A stretch of 64,000 bases of DNA, from contig CALSSD010000007.1 of assembly GCA_943788915.1 (NCBI GenBank), forward strand, positions 124,001-188,000, in the 5' to 3' direction. This document shows positions 1 to 9,847 of the stretch, in pieces. A model generated the notes under the pieces. The model was not told the origin of the DNA and searched no databases. It saw only the letters and a program-made list of their open reading frames with translations. The DNA comes from an uncultured Acidimicrobiales bacterium (GTDB lineage: Bacteria > Actinomycetota > Acidimicrobiia > Acidimicrobiales > UBA10347). The position numbers and the translations under genes are program-made. Position 1 is the first letter of the stretch, and each line of letters starts with the position of its first letter.

Positions 1-387
1 GGCCGCTGGTAACGCTCCGACTTGGCGACCGACTTCGATGCCCTGGTGATAGAGCACCATCGTTGGGATGCCTTGTACGCCGAGGCGACCAGAAACGGTC
101 GGCTCCTCGTCGACGTTCACCTTTACGACTCGCAAAAAACCAGCGCGTGTGCGAGCGAGTTCCTCGAGTGCTGGCGCAACGGCGCGACACGGGCCGCACC
201 ACGGGGCCCAAAGATCCACCAGCACCGGCATCGACGCAGTTGCAATGGTTTGGTCGAAGTCCGCGGTCGTCGCATTGGACAACCACGGCAGGTCGGTTTG
301 ACACTTCCCGCATCGGGGGCGCCCTGACGACACCGTTGGTAGCCGGTTGCGCACGCCGCAATCGGGACAGTTGATTGTCTCGGCCAT
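1..387 (-). CDS. trxC: Thioredoxin 2 (TrxC type) with N-terminal zinc finger; 3' end runs off the window
   Basis: Not in the ORF track. Manual translation from ATG at 387: MAETINCPDCGVRNRLP...RCGKCQTDLPW...LVDLWAPWCGPCRAVAP...QGIPTM, i.e. two CxxC zinc knuckles plus the WCGPC active site. Confidence 0.93.
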   Translation of the reverse strand, partial: MAETINCPDCGVRNRLPTVSSGRPRCGKCQTDLPWLSNATTADFDQTIATASMPVLVDLWAPWCGPCRAVAPALEELARTRAGFLRVVKVNVDEEPTVSGRLGVQGIPTMVLYHQGIEVGRQVGALPAA

Positions 388-389
388 GA

Positions 390-803
390 TCAGGTGTGAT
401 CGGGAAGCGCAGGCGGTGCGGTAAGCCTGGCTAGCGCATTATTGATGAGCTCCCGGGCCTGGGCGGCGATCGGCACCATCGCTTCGTTCTCGGTAATGGT
501 GGCCATGAGGTTGGGGTCGAGTGCTTCGACCAGAACCCGGTCACCGTCTTGTCGCACAACGACGTTGCAGGGCAACAAAACACCTATCTGCGGTTCGAGC
601 TCGAGCGCCCTGCTCGCGAGCGTCGGATTGCAGGCGCCAATGATCACATACGGCGCAATGTCCTTGTCGATCTTGGCCTTAAGCGTCTGTTGCATGTTGA
701 TCTCGGTGAGGGTCCCGAAACCTTCCGCAGCAAGAGCGTGTTTGACAGCTTCAACAGCCTCATCGAACGGCTTCGACAGCGCGACAACTTCTTCAAAGAT
801 CAT
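390..803 (-). CDS. DUF302 family protein
   Basis: GFGTLTEINMQQTLKAK...IIGACNP...IGVLLPCNVVV signature. Start taken at ATG 803. Confidence 0.88.
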   Translation of the reverse strand: MIFEEVVALSKPFDEAVEAVKHALAAEGFGTLTEINMQQTLKAKIDKDIAPYVIIGACNPTLASRALELEPQIGVLLPCNVVVRQDGDRVLVEALDPNLMATITENEAMVPIAAQARELINNALARLTAPPALPDHT

Positions 804-901
804 CTGGTACTCGTAACAGTTGGGGGGTGACCCAAGCGTAAAGGCCACCCAACGGGCCCTCAAGGGCACAAAGTCGCAGGGTCACAGGGTCACAGGGTCA
901 G

Positions 902-2077
902 CTACCCAAAGATGGGGTTGGGTCCATCCGACTCGCGGTGGACGGCGGCAGCGACACCGTCGATGACCGCCTGCATATTCGAGCGATGTTCGTTGATGCG
1001 ACGGTGCAGAATACGGGGCTCCTTGTCGGGCATCGACGCGATGGCCTGGCTGATACCAGACGGGCCGGGCCCCAGAGTCAGGGTGTAACGAAGCCGAGTG
1101 GCTCCTGCGATCCTGGCCAGTTCGAAGCACCAACGGGCGCCAGGGTTATCGGCATCTGACGTGACCCACCCGAACTCAACGAGGTTTTCGTAGCGATTGA
1201 TGAAACACGGCACGTCCCACTCACCGATCGCTTCATGTTTGTTCGACCCGATGAACTGTGCGCCAAGAGCGGGACCATCGACACCATCGGCCCATCGGGC
1301 ACCAACGAACTCAGGGCTGAACTGCGCACCGAAGTTAATGTCGGTGACCAGGTCCCAGACCTGTTGGATCGGCGCCTTAATATCGGCCTCGACGACGCAC
1401 CCAGGGCCGTCGGCCAGACAGGCCGGATCGCTGGGTCCAGATTCCCAGGTGTGCGCGTACTGATCGATAAAGGTGATGTCGCGCGCCGGGTAACGAGGCG
1501 CCTTCTTGAAATCGTCGCCGGTGTACCAAGCCACAGGAATCATTGCGATCTGGGTACTGGTCTCGGGAACACCCAGCACCTCTCGCAACTCATCGCTCTT
1601 GCCCAGAATTGCCGTGGTCCAGGCGGTACCCAGACCGCGCGCCCGAAGCGCAACGCAGAAACTCCACACCGACTGCACCACCGAGTCGAACAGGCCGGGC
1701 CTGCCACTGCCGTCGTGAACTCCCATGATGGTTGGTATGACGATCGCTGGAACCTCCGCCAGGTGTTCCGCCAGATAGGCCGCCGAATTCATCACTCGTT
1801 CTTGAGGATGGCCTGTGCCAGCGATCTTGTTGCGGGCGCCGATCATGAACTCGCCACCTGTGGCCATGTAGAGCTCGGCCAGCTGCGCTTTCACCTTTGG
1901 ATCACGCACCACGACCCACCGTCGGCTTCCTTGGTTGCCACCCGAAGGAGCCTGCTCAGCGACATCGATGCAGTCATAGATGATCTGATTGTCGACAGCA
2001 CGTTCGAGATCGAGCCGTAACCGCACAGCTCGGGTAGTGGTGAGTGCGTGATCAACTGACGAGACATCGATGTTCAT
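902..2077 (-). CDS. Nitroreductase-family domain fused to an SRPBCC/polyketide-cyclase domain
   Basis: N-half has TTTRAVR, QAPSGGNQ and LRARGLGTAWT. C-half has APIQQVWDLVTDIN...SPE...FIGSN...FGW...WCFEL. Confidence 0.85.
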   Translation of the reverse strand: MNIDVSSVDHALTTTRAVRLRLDLERAVDNQIIYDCIDVAEQAPSGGNQGSRRWVVVRDPKVKAQLAELYMATGGEFMIGARNKIAGTGHPQERVMNSAAYLAEHLAEVPAIVIPTIMGVHDGSGRPGLFDSVVQSVWSFCVALRARGLGTAWTTAILGKSDELREVLGVPETSTQIAMIPVAWYTGDDFKKAPRYPARDITFIDQYAHTWESGPSDPACLADGPGCVVEADIKAPIQQVWDLVTDINFGAQFSPEFVGARWADGVDGPALGAQFIGSNKHEAIGEWDVPCFINRYENLVEFGWVTSDADNPGARWCFELARIAGATRLRYTLTLGPGPSGISQAIASMPDKEPRILHRRINEHRSNMQAVIDGVAAAVHRESDGPNPIFG

Positions 2078-2239
2078 AACAACCCTTTCGGCCCTTGGCC
2101 CTCGGCCCGTACTGGCCACATGCCGGCACTCGCCACACCGACCTTATGGCACCCAACCTCTACGTTTCTGCAACGATCGGACGACTATTTCGTTCAATCG
2201 GTTCAGAAACGTTTCGCCTGTGGCATCTACTGTCATCTG

Positions 2240-3382
2240 ATGTCGCACGATGGAGCTCGCTCGCCAGGCACACTCCTCAGTCGACTTCCGCTGTATGTGG
2301 GTGGCTTCATGGGGCCGTTTGGGACCGTCGTAATCGTGCCGATGTTTCCGGAGCTACGCGAAGAATTCGATGCTTCCTCGAGTGCTGTCAGCCTGGGCTT
2401 CAGCCTGTACCTCCTGCCGTTTGCAGCCCTGTTGTTGGTCTCGGGGACCCTGGGCGAACGATGGGGGCGCCGGCGCACCGTGCGCGGCACCTACCTGCTG
2501 TATGCAGCGGCAAGCATCGGCTGCGCGTTGGCCCCGAATCTGACAGTCTTCATCCTTGCCAGGGCGATGCAAGGAGTAGCGAACGCCTTCATCACTCCCC
2601 TGCTTCTTGCCGGGCTGGCCGAAACAGTTCCTGCCGACCGATTCGGCCGTCAGGTCGGCATCTATTCGAGCTTTCAGGCATTCGGCGGTGGGTTGGGCCC
2701 GATCATCGGCGGCGTCGCTGCCGATACCAGCTGGCGGTATGCCTTTTGGGGAACGATGTTGGTTTCGCTCGTGCTTGCGTTGGCGCCGCCCCAGGGCGAA
2801 GCCCGACGTGATGCCGAGGCACCCCGCCTGCGCCCACTGTTGACTCGCCGTATGGTCGCACTCGGCGTGGCATTCCTGTTCGCTGCCGCAGGGCCGATCG
2901 GTATAAGCGTGCTCGTAGGGGTCGCAGCCCGAGATGTGCTCGACCTATCAGGCACCGCGACCGGCATCGTCTTGTTTGGTGGCGCCATGAGTGCTCTCGT
3001 GCTGGGTCCAACTTGGGGCCGCCTACTGGACTCGGTCGGCACCCGAAAGCTCGGACTGATTGCCGCGGCAACCGCCACCGTGTTAGCCGGCGTTCCCTCG
3101 TTCGCAACCAGCGGATGGGCGCTCGGCATCATGTGGATAATCGCCAGCGCTGCAATCAGCGCCATCATTGTGGTCTTTCAAGCGCTCGGTGCATCGATCA
3201 TGCCCACGAACCGCGGTGGCGCACTGTCGTTCCTGTTGTCGTTCCGGTTCGTAGGCCACGCGATCGGACCGATCTTGTTTGTGCCACTCATCGACTGGTC
3301 GGTCAGGGGCGCGTTCTTTATGGCTGCAGGCTTGGGGCTCGTCACCACCGTGGTCATCGCTACGTTCCGCGAACAAGATTGA
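2240..3382 (+). CDS. MFS transporter (drug:H+ antiporter-like)
   Basis: About 12 hydrophobic segments, motif A GTLGERWGRR, ARAMQG. TACTGT lies 6 nt before ATG 2240. Confidence 0.88.
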   Translation: MSHDGARSPGTLLSRLPLYVGGFMGPFGTVVIVPMFPELREEFDASSSAVSLGFSLYLLPFAALLLVSGTLGERWGRRRTVRGTYLLYAAASIGCALAPNLTVFILARAMQGVANAFITPLLLAGLAETVPADRFGRQVGIYSSFQAFGGGLGPIIGGVAADTSWRYAFWGTMLVSLVLALAPPQGEARRDAEAPRLRPLLTRRMVALGVAFLFAAAGPIGISVLVGVAARDVLDLSGTATGIVLFGGAMSALVLGPTWGRLLDSVGTRKLGLIAAATATVLAGVPSFATSGWALGIMWIIASAAISAIIVVFQALGASIMPTNRGGALSFLLSFRFVGHAIGPILFVPLIDWSVRGAFFMAAGLGLVTTVVIATFREQD

Positions 3383-3411
3383 ACCCGACCCAAACGGGAA
3401 CCGGCTGAAGT

Positions 3412-3954
3412 TCAGGCCGCGATGAGTTCGTTGATCCTGGAGGTAAGGCCCTCGAGCCCCATTGCGCCGATTCGGCTCTCGGAGGTGCCGTCGTCGTTGA
3501 TAAAGACAAAAGCGGGTTGCGACGTGATCCCGAATTCTCGCCACACCGCGATGTTAGGGTCCGCGATGTGTTCGAAGCCGTCGACTTCTCGTGACGTGAT
3601 CCACTCCTGGAACGTGGCTGCTTCGTCGCGGCCAGCCACACCGATCACGGTGACATCGTTAGCAAATAACCGTTGAACCTCTGCGACCGCAGGGGCTTCT
3701 TGGGTGCAGGTCGGTCACCACGGCGCCCAGAACCACAGGACAACATCTTGACCTTCGAACGAACCGAAGTCGATCTGCCCACCGCCAACCGTCGATGCGA
3801 CAAGCGACGATCCTGCGGGTGTTGGCTCCGCCATTAGTGGCGAAGCCTCGACTGCTGTGTCGGCTGAGCCACCACCGCAACTCGTCATCACAAGTGCACA
3901 TGCACCGAGCAACCCACAAGCTACGCGCACAAGCTTCGAAAATCGGTTACTCAT
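3412..3954 (-). CDS. Lipoprotein TlpA/redoxin-family thiol-disulfide oxidoreductase, probable selenoprotein (UxxC; TGA at 3715-3717)
   Basis: ORFs 3715..3987 and 3412..3648 share one frame. Read-through gives VVLWFWAPW-U-PTCTQEAP...VIGVAGRD...VWREFGITSQPAFVFI. Lipobox-like LVMTS-C near the N-terminus. Confidence 0.85.
3676..3697 (-). promoter_or_regulatory. Candidate bacterial SECIS hairpin
   Basis: mRNA AGCC-C-CUGC-GGUC-GCAG-A-GGUU: 8 pairs with one C:A mismatch and a GGUC loop starting 27 nt after the UGA. Confidence 0.6.
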
Positions 3955-4037
3955 GGTTGAGAGCATAGACTGCCTGTCGGCAGGCATTCATCAACACTCG
4001 TTAACGACTGCGAAACTCCGCTGCGGCCACGGGAGAT

Positions 4038-4523
4038 CTAGTTGTCGAGTAACTCGACCTCGACGAACGCCACCGGAGCGTCGCCGTCGTTGGCAACATT
4101 GTGGGCAACCCCTTTGCCTCGCTGATACGAGACGCCTATGGAGAGCGGCGCGACCGTTGTTTCGCCATCGGCTTCGATAGTTAGTTCACCGTCGGTGATA
4201 GGGACAACAACGTAGTCGTACTGGTGCACATGGGCGCCGGTTTCACTGCCGGGCGGGAACGTCCATCTCGTGACCCGAACAACACCGTCATCGAGCTGTT
4301 GCTCAGCGGTCGCAGCGCCGCGGATTCGAGCCGCGTCGTAACCAGCCTCGTCGATTGCGGCAACAATCTGAGAGCTTTTCCCGCCTTGCACGGTCACGGT
4401 CCTGGCATCGATATTGACCTCGACCGACGCAACGTTGGGCACCTGGGTGACCTCAGCGGTAATCGCTGTCACGCAGTGTTCGCAGCTGATCTCAGGAACC
4501 GAATACATCATGGGCGAAGCCAT
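4038..4523 (-). CDS. CopZ-like HMA domain fused to a cupin domain
   Basis: YSVPEISCEHC...AIDEAGY (HMA) followed by VRVTRWTFPPGSETGAHVHQYDYVVVP...GVAHNV (cupin). AGAAAGG RBS upstream. Confidence 0.85.
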   Translation of the reverse strand: MASPMMYSVPEISCEHCVTAITAEVTQVPNVASVEVNIDARTVTVQGGKSSQIVAAIDEAGYDAARIRGAATAEQQLDDGVVRVTRWTFPPGSETGAHVHQYDYVVVPITDGELTIEADGETTVAPLSIGVSYQRGKGVAHNVANDGDAPVAFVEVELLDN

Positions 4524-4743
4524 CGTCCGACCTTTCTTAGTGAGTGACAGTGCACCGTAGCCAGCAACCGGCCACATCCAGTTTCGCCACATCAGGGCGG
4601 CTGAAACATGCTATTACAACTTGTCGCACGGCAGCCGAATAAGCATGCTGAGACTACCGGCGGGCGGCAGGCGTCGAGATAACCACTCTTCGTGAACAAA
4701 ATCGGCTCGACAGAACAGCCGCCTTGTCGCTTAACGTGGCGCT

Positions 4744-5124
4744 ATGACCCCAAGCGAAACCGTCACCGCGTTCATCGAGGCCATCGAACGACTCGACGTC
4801 GATGCTGCCATAACCATGCTCGCCGAAGATGTCTCGTATGAGAACGTGCCGATGCGACCGATCACCGGCCGGGAAGGCGTGCGCGCCGTACTAGATAACT
4901 TTCTCGGCGCAGCCAGCGAAGTCTCGTGGCCCGTCAGCTCACAGATCACACATGGCAATCGGGTCGTCAACGAACGCGTCGACCGGTTCAAGATTGGTCA
5001 CGGGTGGCTCGAACTGCCCGTCGCTGGCTTCTTCGATGTCGACCAACACGGGCTGATCACGCTGTGGCGAGACTATTTCGATCTCGCTACCTACACCGAC
5101 CAGATGTCGGCCCTGCAACCCTAG
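4744..5124 (+). CDS. Limonene-1,2-epoxide hydrolase / SnoaL-like family protein
   Basis: YENVP, NERVDRF, LPVAGFF and ITLWRDYFD motifs. Confidence 0.88.
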   Translation: MTPSETVTAFIEAIERLDVDAAITMLAEDVSYENVPMRPITGREGVRAVLDNFLGAASEVSWPVSSQITHGNRVVNERVDRFKIGHGWLELPVAGFFDVDQHGLITLWRDYFDLATYTDQMSALQP

Positions 5125-5248
5125 GAGCTCGTGCACCAGGCGCTCACGCACTGCCGTGCAACCACACCAGGCTTAGCAAGGCATGCATCCCGGTGACCCT
5201 GTCGGTGACCTGAACCTCGCTGTGAGGCTCCAGCCACCGACAGCAAGA

Positions 5249-5279
5249 GAGACAGAGACCCTCTTCGGGCCTCTGTCTC
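5249..5279. terminator. Hairpin between convergent genes, likely terminator
   Basis: GAGACAGAG-A-CCC-TCTTC-GGG-C-CTCTGTCTC inverted repeat. Confidence 0.5.
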
Positions 5280-5334
5280 AACGAGACCAGATCACCGCCA
5301 GGCACTGTTGCCCAGCGTCAGACTCAGACTGGCG

Positions 5335-6780
5335 TTAACCAGCGTCGACGTTCCATCCGGAGATCGACTTGACTTCGCAGAATTCCTCGATGCCCCATTC
5401 GCCGCCTTCACGACCGTTGCCTGACTGGCCATAACCACCGAACGGTGCACCAGCACCGCGGGCCTGACCATTCATCTCAACCATGCCGGAACGGAGTTGA
5501 CGGGCCACGCGCCGGGCCCTGTCATTGTCTTGTGTCTGTACATAGTTGGTGAGGCCATAGGGCGTGTCATTCGCAATGGCGATCGCTTCTTCTTCGGTAT
5601 CAAACGGCGTCATGGACAGCACCGGACCGAAGATCTCTTCACGAGCGATGGTCATGTCGGGGTCGACATCGGCGAACACGGTCGGCTTCACGAAGTAGCC
5701 GGCTTCGTGGCCATCGGGACGACCCGTTCCGCCAGCGATCAACCGTGCGCCTTCCGACTCCCCAGCAGAGATGAGAGCTTGGATCTTGTCCCACTGGACC
5801 TTGCTCACGACCGGGCCGATGTGGCGACCTTCGTTGCTGGCAATGTCGACGGCGGTTTTCTCGGCAACCTCTTGCGCTGTGGCGACTGCCTGGTCGTACA
5901 GCGGACGCTCCACCAGCATCCGGGTTGGAGCGTTACATGACTGTCCGCTGTTATTGAAACACTGACGGACACCGCGGGTCACAGCCTTTTCGTCGGCATC
6001 GGCGAACACGATGTTCGCTCCCTTGCCGCCGAGTTCAAGCGCGACTCGTTTCACCGAGTCGGCCGCATTCTTAGTAATCGCGACGCCGGCCCGAGTCGAA
6101 CCCGTGAACGACACCATGTCGACATCAGGATGGCCTGACAGTTGGCTACCAACACCTGGCCCATCACCTTGCACCATGTTGAATACGCCAGCAGGGAAAC
6201 CCGCCTCGTCGACCATTTCGGCAAAGAGCGCAGAACTCAGCGGGGCAACCTCGCTTGGCTTGAGGACCATGGTGCAGCCAACACCGAGCGCAGGCACCAC
6301 CTTGAGTGTGACCTGGTTCATCGGCCAATTCCATGGGGTGATCAACGCAGCCACGCCAACGGGTTCGTAGAGGATTGCATTGTCTGGTGCATGATCGCCG
6401 AGCGGACGCTCAAACTCGAATGCTTGAAGCCCACGGATGATGTTTTTGATGTGTGCGGCGCCGGCACCGACCTGCGCGGTCTGGGCGAGGGCCATTGGAG
6501 CGCCCATCTCCATCGAAATGGCCTCGGCCATTTCCTGGCTACGGGCCTTGTAGATCTCGAGCAGCTTCTCGAGCAGCGCAATGCGCTCGCCCTTCGGGGT
6601 CATGCTCCACGACCCAAACGCTGCCTTGGCCGCGGCAACCGCAGCGTTGGTGTCAGCCTCGCCTCCCAGTGAAATGGTGGCGCAGACTTGCTCGGTTGAC
6701 GGGTCGATGACATCAAAGTCGTTGGCGACAGCCGGGGCTACCCACTGGCCGTTTATGTAGAAGTTGCGGCGATCAATCAT
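5335..6780 (-). CDS. Aldehyde dehydrogenase
   Basis: ITPWNWP, FTGS, LELGGK, GQSC and EEIFGP motifs. AGGAGA RBS. Confidence 0.95.
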   Translation of the reverse strand: MIDRRNFYINGQWVAPAVANDFDVIDPSTEQVCATISLGGEADTNAAVAAAKAAFGSWSMTPKGERIALLEKLLEIYKARSQEMAEAISMEMGAPMALAQTAQVGAGAAHIKNIIRGLQAFEFERPLGDHAPDNAILYEPVGVAALITPWNWPMNQVTLKVVPALGVGCTMVLKPSEVAPLSSALFAEMVDEAGFPAGVFNMVQGDGPGVGSQLSGHPDVDMVSFTGSTRAGVAITKNAADSVKRVALELGGKGANIVFADADEKAVTRGVRQCFNNSGQSCNAPTRMLVERPLYDQAVATAQEVAEKTAVDIASNEGRHIGPVVSKVQWDKIQALISAGESEGARLIAGGTGRPDGHEAGYFVKPTVFADVDPDMTIAREEIFGPVLSMTPFDTEEEAIAIANDTPYGLTNYVQTQDNDRARRVARQLRSGMVEMNGQARGAGAPFGGYGQSGNGREGGEWGIEEFCEVKSISGWNVDAG

Positions 6781-6964
6781 GGCGTTCTCCTGGATCATGT
6801 CCGGGCGTTCCAGACCCCACCATTGTGGTCGGCCCAGACGCGTCGCGTGGCATTCAGCCGCTACGTTCTTGCAACCACCGCACCTTCGCGACGTGCAGTC
6901 GCAGATACACCGCGACCATCAACAGAGAACCAACGTCGCTCCGTTGTACAACGAACCAAATCGA

Positions 6965-7636
6965 CTAACCCAAATCGACGGGCAACGCGATCTGAAGGTA
7001 GGCACACACCGAATACATTGCTTGACTGATGAACTCTTCGTCGGACTGAGTCCCAAAACCAGATGGTGCGCCGCGTTCGTGCATACGCACCCGCATCATG
7101 GACCCCAACTGATCCAGCACAAAGGCCACCGCAAGCCGGGGGTTCTCGTGCCCGACCTCGTCGCTGCGGGTAAGCAACAACTCACTAAAACCTGCTTCGC
7201 GTCGCCTGCTCAGCTCAAACATCTGGTCGTGAATCTCAGGCTCAGCCTGGCTGAGTGCGACTGCCGAACGGGATCGCGCTGGTAGTTCCCGATCGTTACG
7301 CATCGTCAGCTCGACATAGCCGTGCAAGATGTCACCTATCGTTGCGCCGGCCCAGCGGTTCGGGTCAAGACCAAGCCGGGCCGTCTCGTCGAGTTCTGTC
7401 GCATACCGTGCGAAGAGCGCAAACTGGATCGCCCGTTTGTCGCGGTAGTGGTGATAGAACGCGCCAATGGAGCATCCTGCAGCGGACGAGATATCAGCGA
7501 TCGTGGCGCCACCGATGCCGTGCTCGGCGAACAGTTCCTCGGCGGCATCGAGAAGAGCTACCTGCGTCTTGCGACTCCGGTCCTGTTGACCCTCGCGAAC
7601 CCGGTGCAGGTCAGACACCCACGTACTTCGCTTCAC
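6965..7636 (-). CDS. TetR/AcrR family transcriptional regulator
   Basis: LLDAAEELFAEHG...TIADISSAAGCSIGAFYHHYRDK helix-turn-helix. Confidence 0.92.
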   Translation of the reverse strand: MKRSTWVSDLHRVREGQQDRSRKTQVALLDAAEELFAEHGIGGATIADISSAAGCSIGAFYHHYRDKRAIQFALFARYATELDETARLGLDPNRWAGATIGDILHGYVELTMRNDRELPARSRSAVALSQAEPEIHDQMFELSRRREAGFSELLLTRSDEVGHENPRLAVAFVLDQLGSMMRVRMHERGAPSGFGTQSDEEFISQAMYSVCAYLQIALPVDLG

Positions 7637-7727
7637 CCCACCCCCCTGATTGCTGTCACGAACTGCAGCCCCCCGGCTGCAGTGTTAGAGACCCTAACCG
7701 ATGCGTGAGCCCTGATTCCATTCGCAG

Positions 7728-8238
7728 TCAGGCAGACCTGACATCGCAGGGCGAAAGTGAAATAGAGAGCACGCCCTCAAGCGCTTCGCCGACATATGGT
7801 GCGCATGGCTCAATTCCCATGGCCGCATACAACGCGTGGGCTTCGACCATCGCTGGCAGGGTGTGTCAGTACGAGGCGCGAGCTCGATGCCGCCTGGGCG
7901 TGGACCACGAGACTGCTCGGCCAGCCGCCGTCCCAGACCGATCCCGCGGCCTTGGTGACGCACGAACGGCCTGCTGATCTCGCCAGCAGAGGGAGTGGCC
8001 AGATCAGCCGGAAGCGAGCGCCGTCCAACCGAGCGTCATCGTCAGCTTGGGCGAACAGTGGGAGACCAGGCGTTTGGTAGATCGGGTCAAGCTGCACAAG
8101 CTCGGTGGCAAGGTCATTGCATCACGGGCAGACATCGGTGCCGGTGAGAAGCCACTCGACACCGCCCTGGTATTCACCGAAGAGGCGTCGCTCCACGAGG
8201 CGTTCTGCCTCGATTGTCACCGTCGTGATCGTCGCCAT
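7728..8238 (-). pseudogene. Degraded GNAT acetyltransferase
   Basis: GNAT-like segments spread over three frames: RRLFGEY...CP*CNDLATEL, RGIGLGRRLAE (motif A) and RLVL / TLPAMVEAHALYAAMGIEPCAPY. Confidence 0.7.
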
Positions 8239-8290
8239 CCACGCACCGTTGTTCGCTACCACCCATCGCTCCCTCGGCCATACTGGAGAC

Positions 8291-9658
8291 ATGGCAACGC
8301 CGATCGACACGCTGACCAACGAGACCGTGGACCTGCTGCAGCAGATGATCCGCAACCAATGCGTGAACGAGGGCACGCCTGAGTCAGGTCAAGAGGACCG
8401 AAATGCCCGGCTGGTTCGAGACCAGCTCGACGGCCTAGGCATCGACTTTCAAATGTTCGAGCCGGAGCCGAACCGGACATCGCTTATCGCCCGCTACGAG
8501 GGCACAGACCCGAATGCGCCGTCGTTGTGTTTGATGGGCCATACCGACGTTGTGCCCGTGAGTCCCGAGGGCTGGGACAATGACCCGTTTGGTGGTGAAC
8601 TGATCACGTCGGCCGACGGCACACCCGAGGTTTGGGGCCGCGGCGCTGTCGATATGTTGAACGTCACGTCGTCGATGTTGGTGGCGTTTCGCGAAATCGT
8701 ACGGTCGGGCAAACGTTACCCCGGCGACATCATCTACTTCGCGGTGGCCGATGAAGAAGCCGGCGGTGTCCTTGGCGCAAAACACATCATTGAGAACGAC
8801 TGGGATGCCATCAAGTCCGACTACGTACTGACTGAGTACGGCGGCACACCCTCGTTCACCGACGACGGCACCACCGTGTTGCTCACCAACGGCGAGAAGC
8901 GCGGCGCCTTCCGTCACCTTGAGATCGCTGGCTCACCCGGCCACGGTTCCATGCCCTACGGAACCGACAATGCGCTGATCAAGGCGGCCAAGATCGTGGC
9001 TCGGATGGCCGAGTACGAGATTGCGCCGCGGATCGATGAGATGTTCCGAGATCGGGTGCGGGCACTTGGTTTCGACGCCGACACCGAACGGCGACTGCTC
9101 GACCCCGCGCACATCGACGATGCCTTGGCCGAGCTCCCTATGGGTATGGCTCGTAATCTGCACTCGTGTTGCCAGATGTCGTTTAGTCCCAACGTCTTGA
9201 ACAGCGGCGAAAAAGACAACACCGTTCCCGATCATGCGGACCTTATGGTCGACATCCGGGTGCTCCCCGGCGAGGACGACGACGATGCCGATCGCCATCT
9301 GCGCGCGATCATCGGCGAGGACCTCCTTCCTTCGGTCACGATCCATCGCAAGTACGACGAGGCACAAGGGCCAGCGCTCTCGTCGACCGACACACCGCTG
9401 TGGTCGGCATTAACCGACTCCATCCAGATTGCCTATCCCGATGCCCGGGTGGTCCCGTCGATCGTGACCGGCGGAACCGACGCCCGCTTCTTCCGTGCCC
9501 GGGGGGTGCCTGCCTATGGCGCCGGGCTGCTGAGCAACAAGGTCTCGTTCTCCGAGTTCCAGAACCGCTTCCACGGCAACAACGAACGAATTGATGTCGA
9601 ATCGCTCAAACTCACCACCCAGCTGTGGCTCAACGTCTGCGACCGCCTCTGGGTCTAA
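8291..9658 (+). CDS. M20/M25/M40 family metallopeptidase
   Basis: GHTDVVP, WGRGAVDM, ADEEAGG, GHGSMP, GGTDARFFR and FHGNNERI motifs. Confidence 0.93.
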   Translation: MATPIDTLTNETVDLLQQMIRNQCVNEGTPESGQEDRNARLVRDQLDGLGIDFQMFEPEPNRTSLIARYEGTDPNAPSLCLMGHTDVVPVSPEGWDNDPFGGELITSADGTPEVWGRGAVDMLNVTSSMLVAFREIVRSGKRYPGDIIYFAVADEEAGGVLGAKHIIENDWDAIKSDYVLTEYGGTPSFTDDGTTVLLTNGEKRGAFRHLEIAGSPGHGSMPYGTDNALIKAAKIVARMAEYEIAPRIDEMFRDRVRALGFDADTERRLLDPAHIDDALAELPMGMARNLHSCCQMSFSPNVLNSGEKDNTVPDHADLMVDIRVLPGEDDDDADRHLRAIIGEDLLPSVTIHRKYDEAQGPALSSTDTPLWSALTDSIQIAYPDARVVPSIVTGGTDARFFRARGVPAYGAGLLSNKVSFSEFQNRFHGNNERIDVESLKLTTQLWLNVCDRLWV

Positions 9659-9847
9659 CCCTGGTCACGCACGTGTGGAGGCTGATCCGCGATTGTCGCG
9701 GGTGAACCTCCACATGTGGTTACCGAACGCACCCTTACAGACCATCAGTGCAAGGAAGTTACGCATCTCCTGCATGATGGCGATGCTCGTGCCGTCGATG
9801 GAAGCACACGGTCTACCCCACGTCATCGGGGGTCACGTCATGAGGGG

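Noticed and set aside
22..374. Plus-strand ORFs at the window start
   Set aside because: They are antisense to the clear trxC on the minus strand.
877..901. 8-nt tandem repeat (CAGGGTCA x3)
   Set aside because: Short intergenic microsatellite without spacers; not CRISPR and no evident function.
8122..8124. In-frame TGA in a C-P-*-C context as a second selenocysteine
   Set aside because: The TGA is not at a Cys position of the CxxC, and the surrounding gene is a GNAT with further frameshifts, so it is a pseudogene stop.
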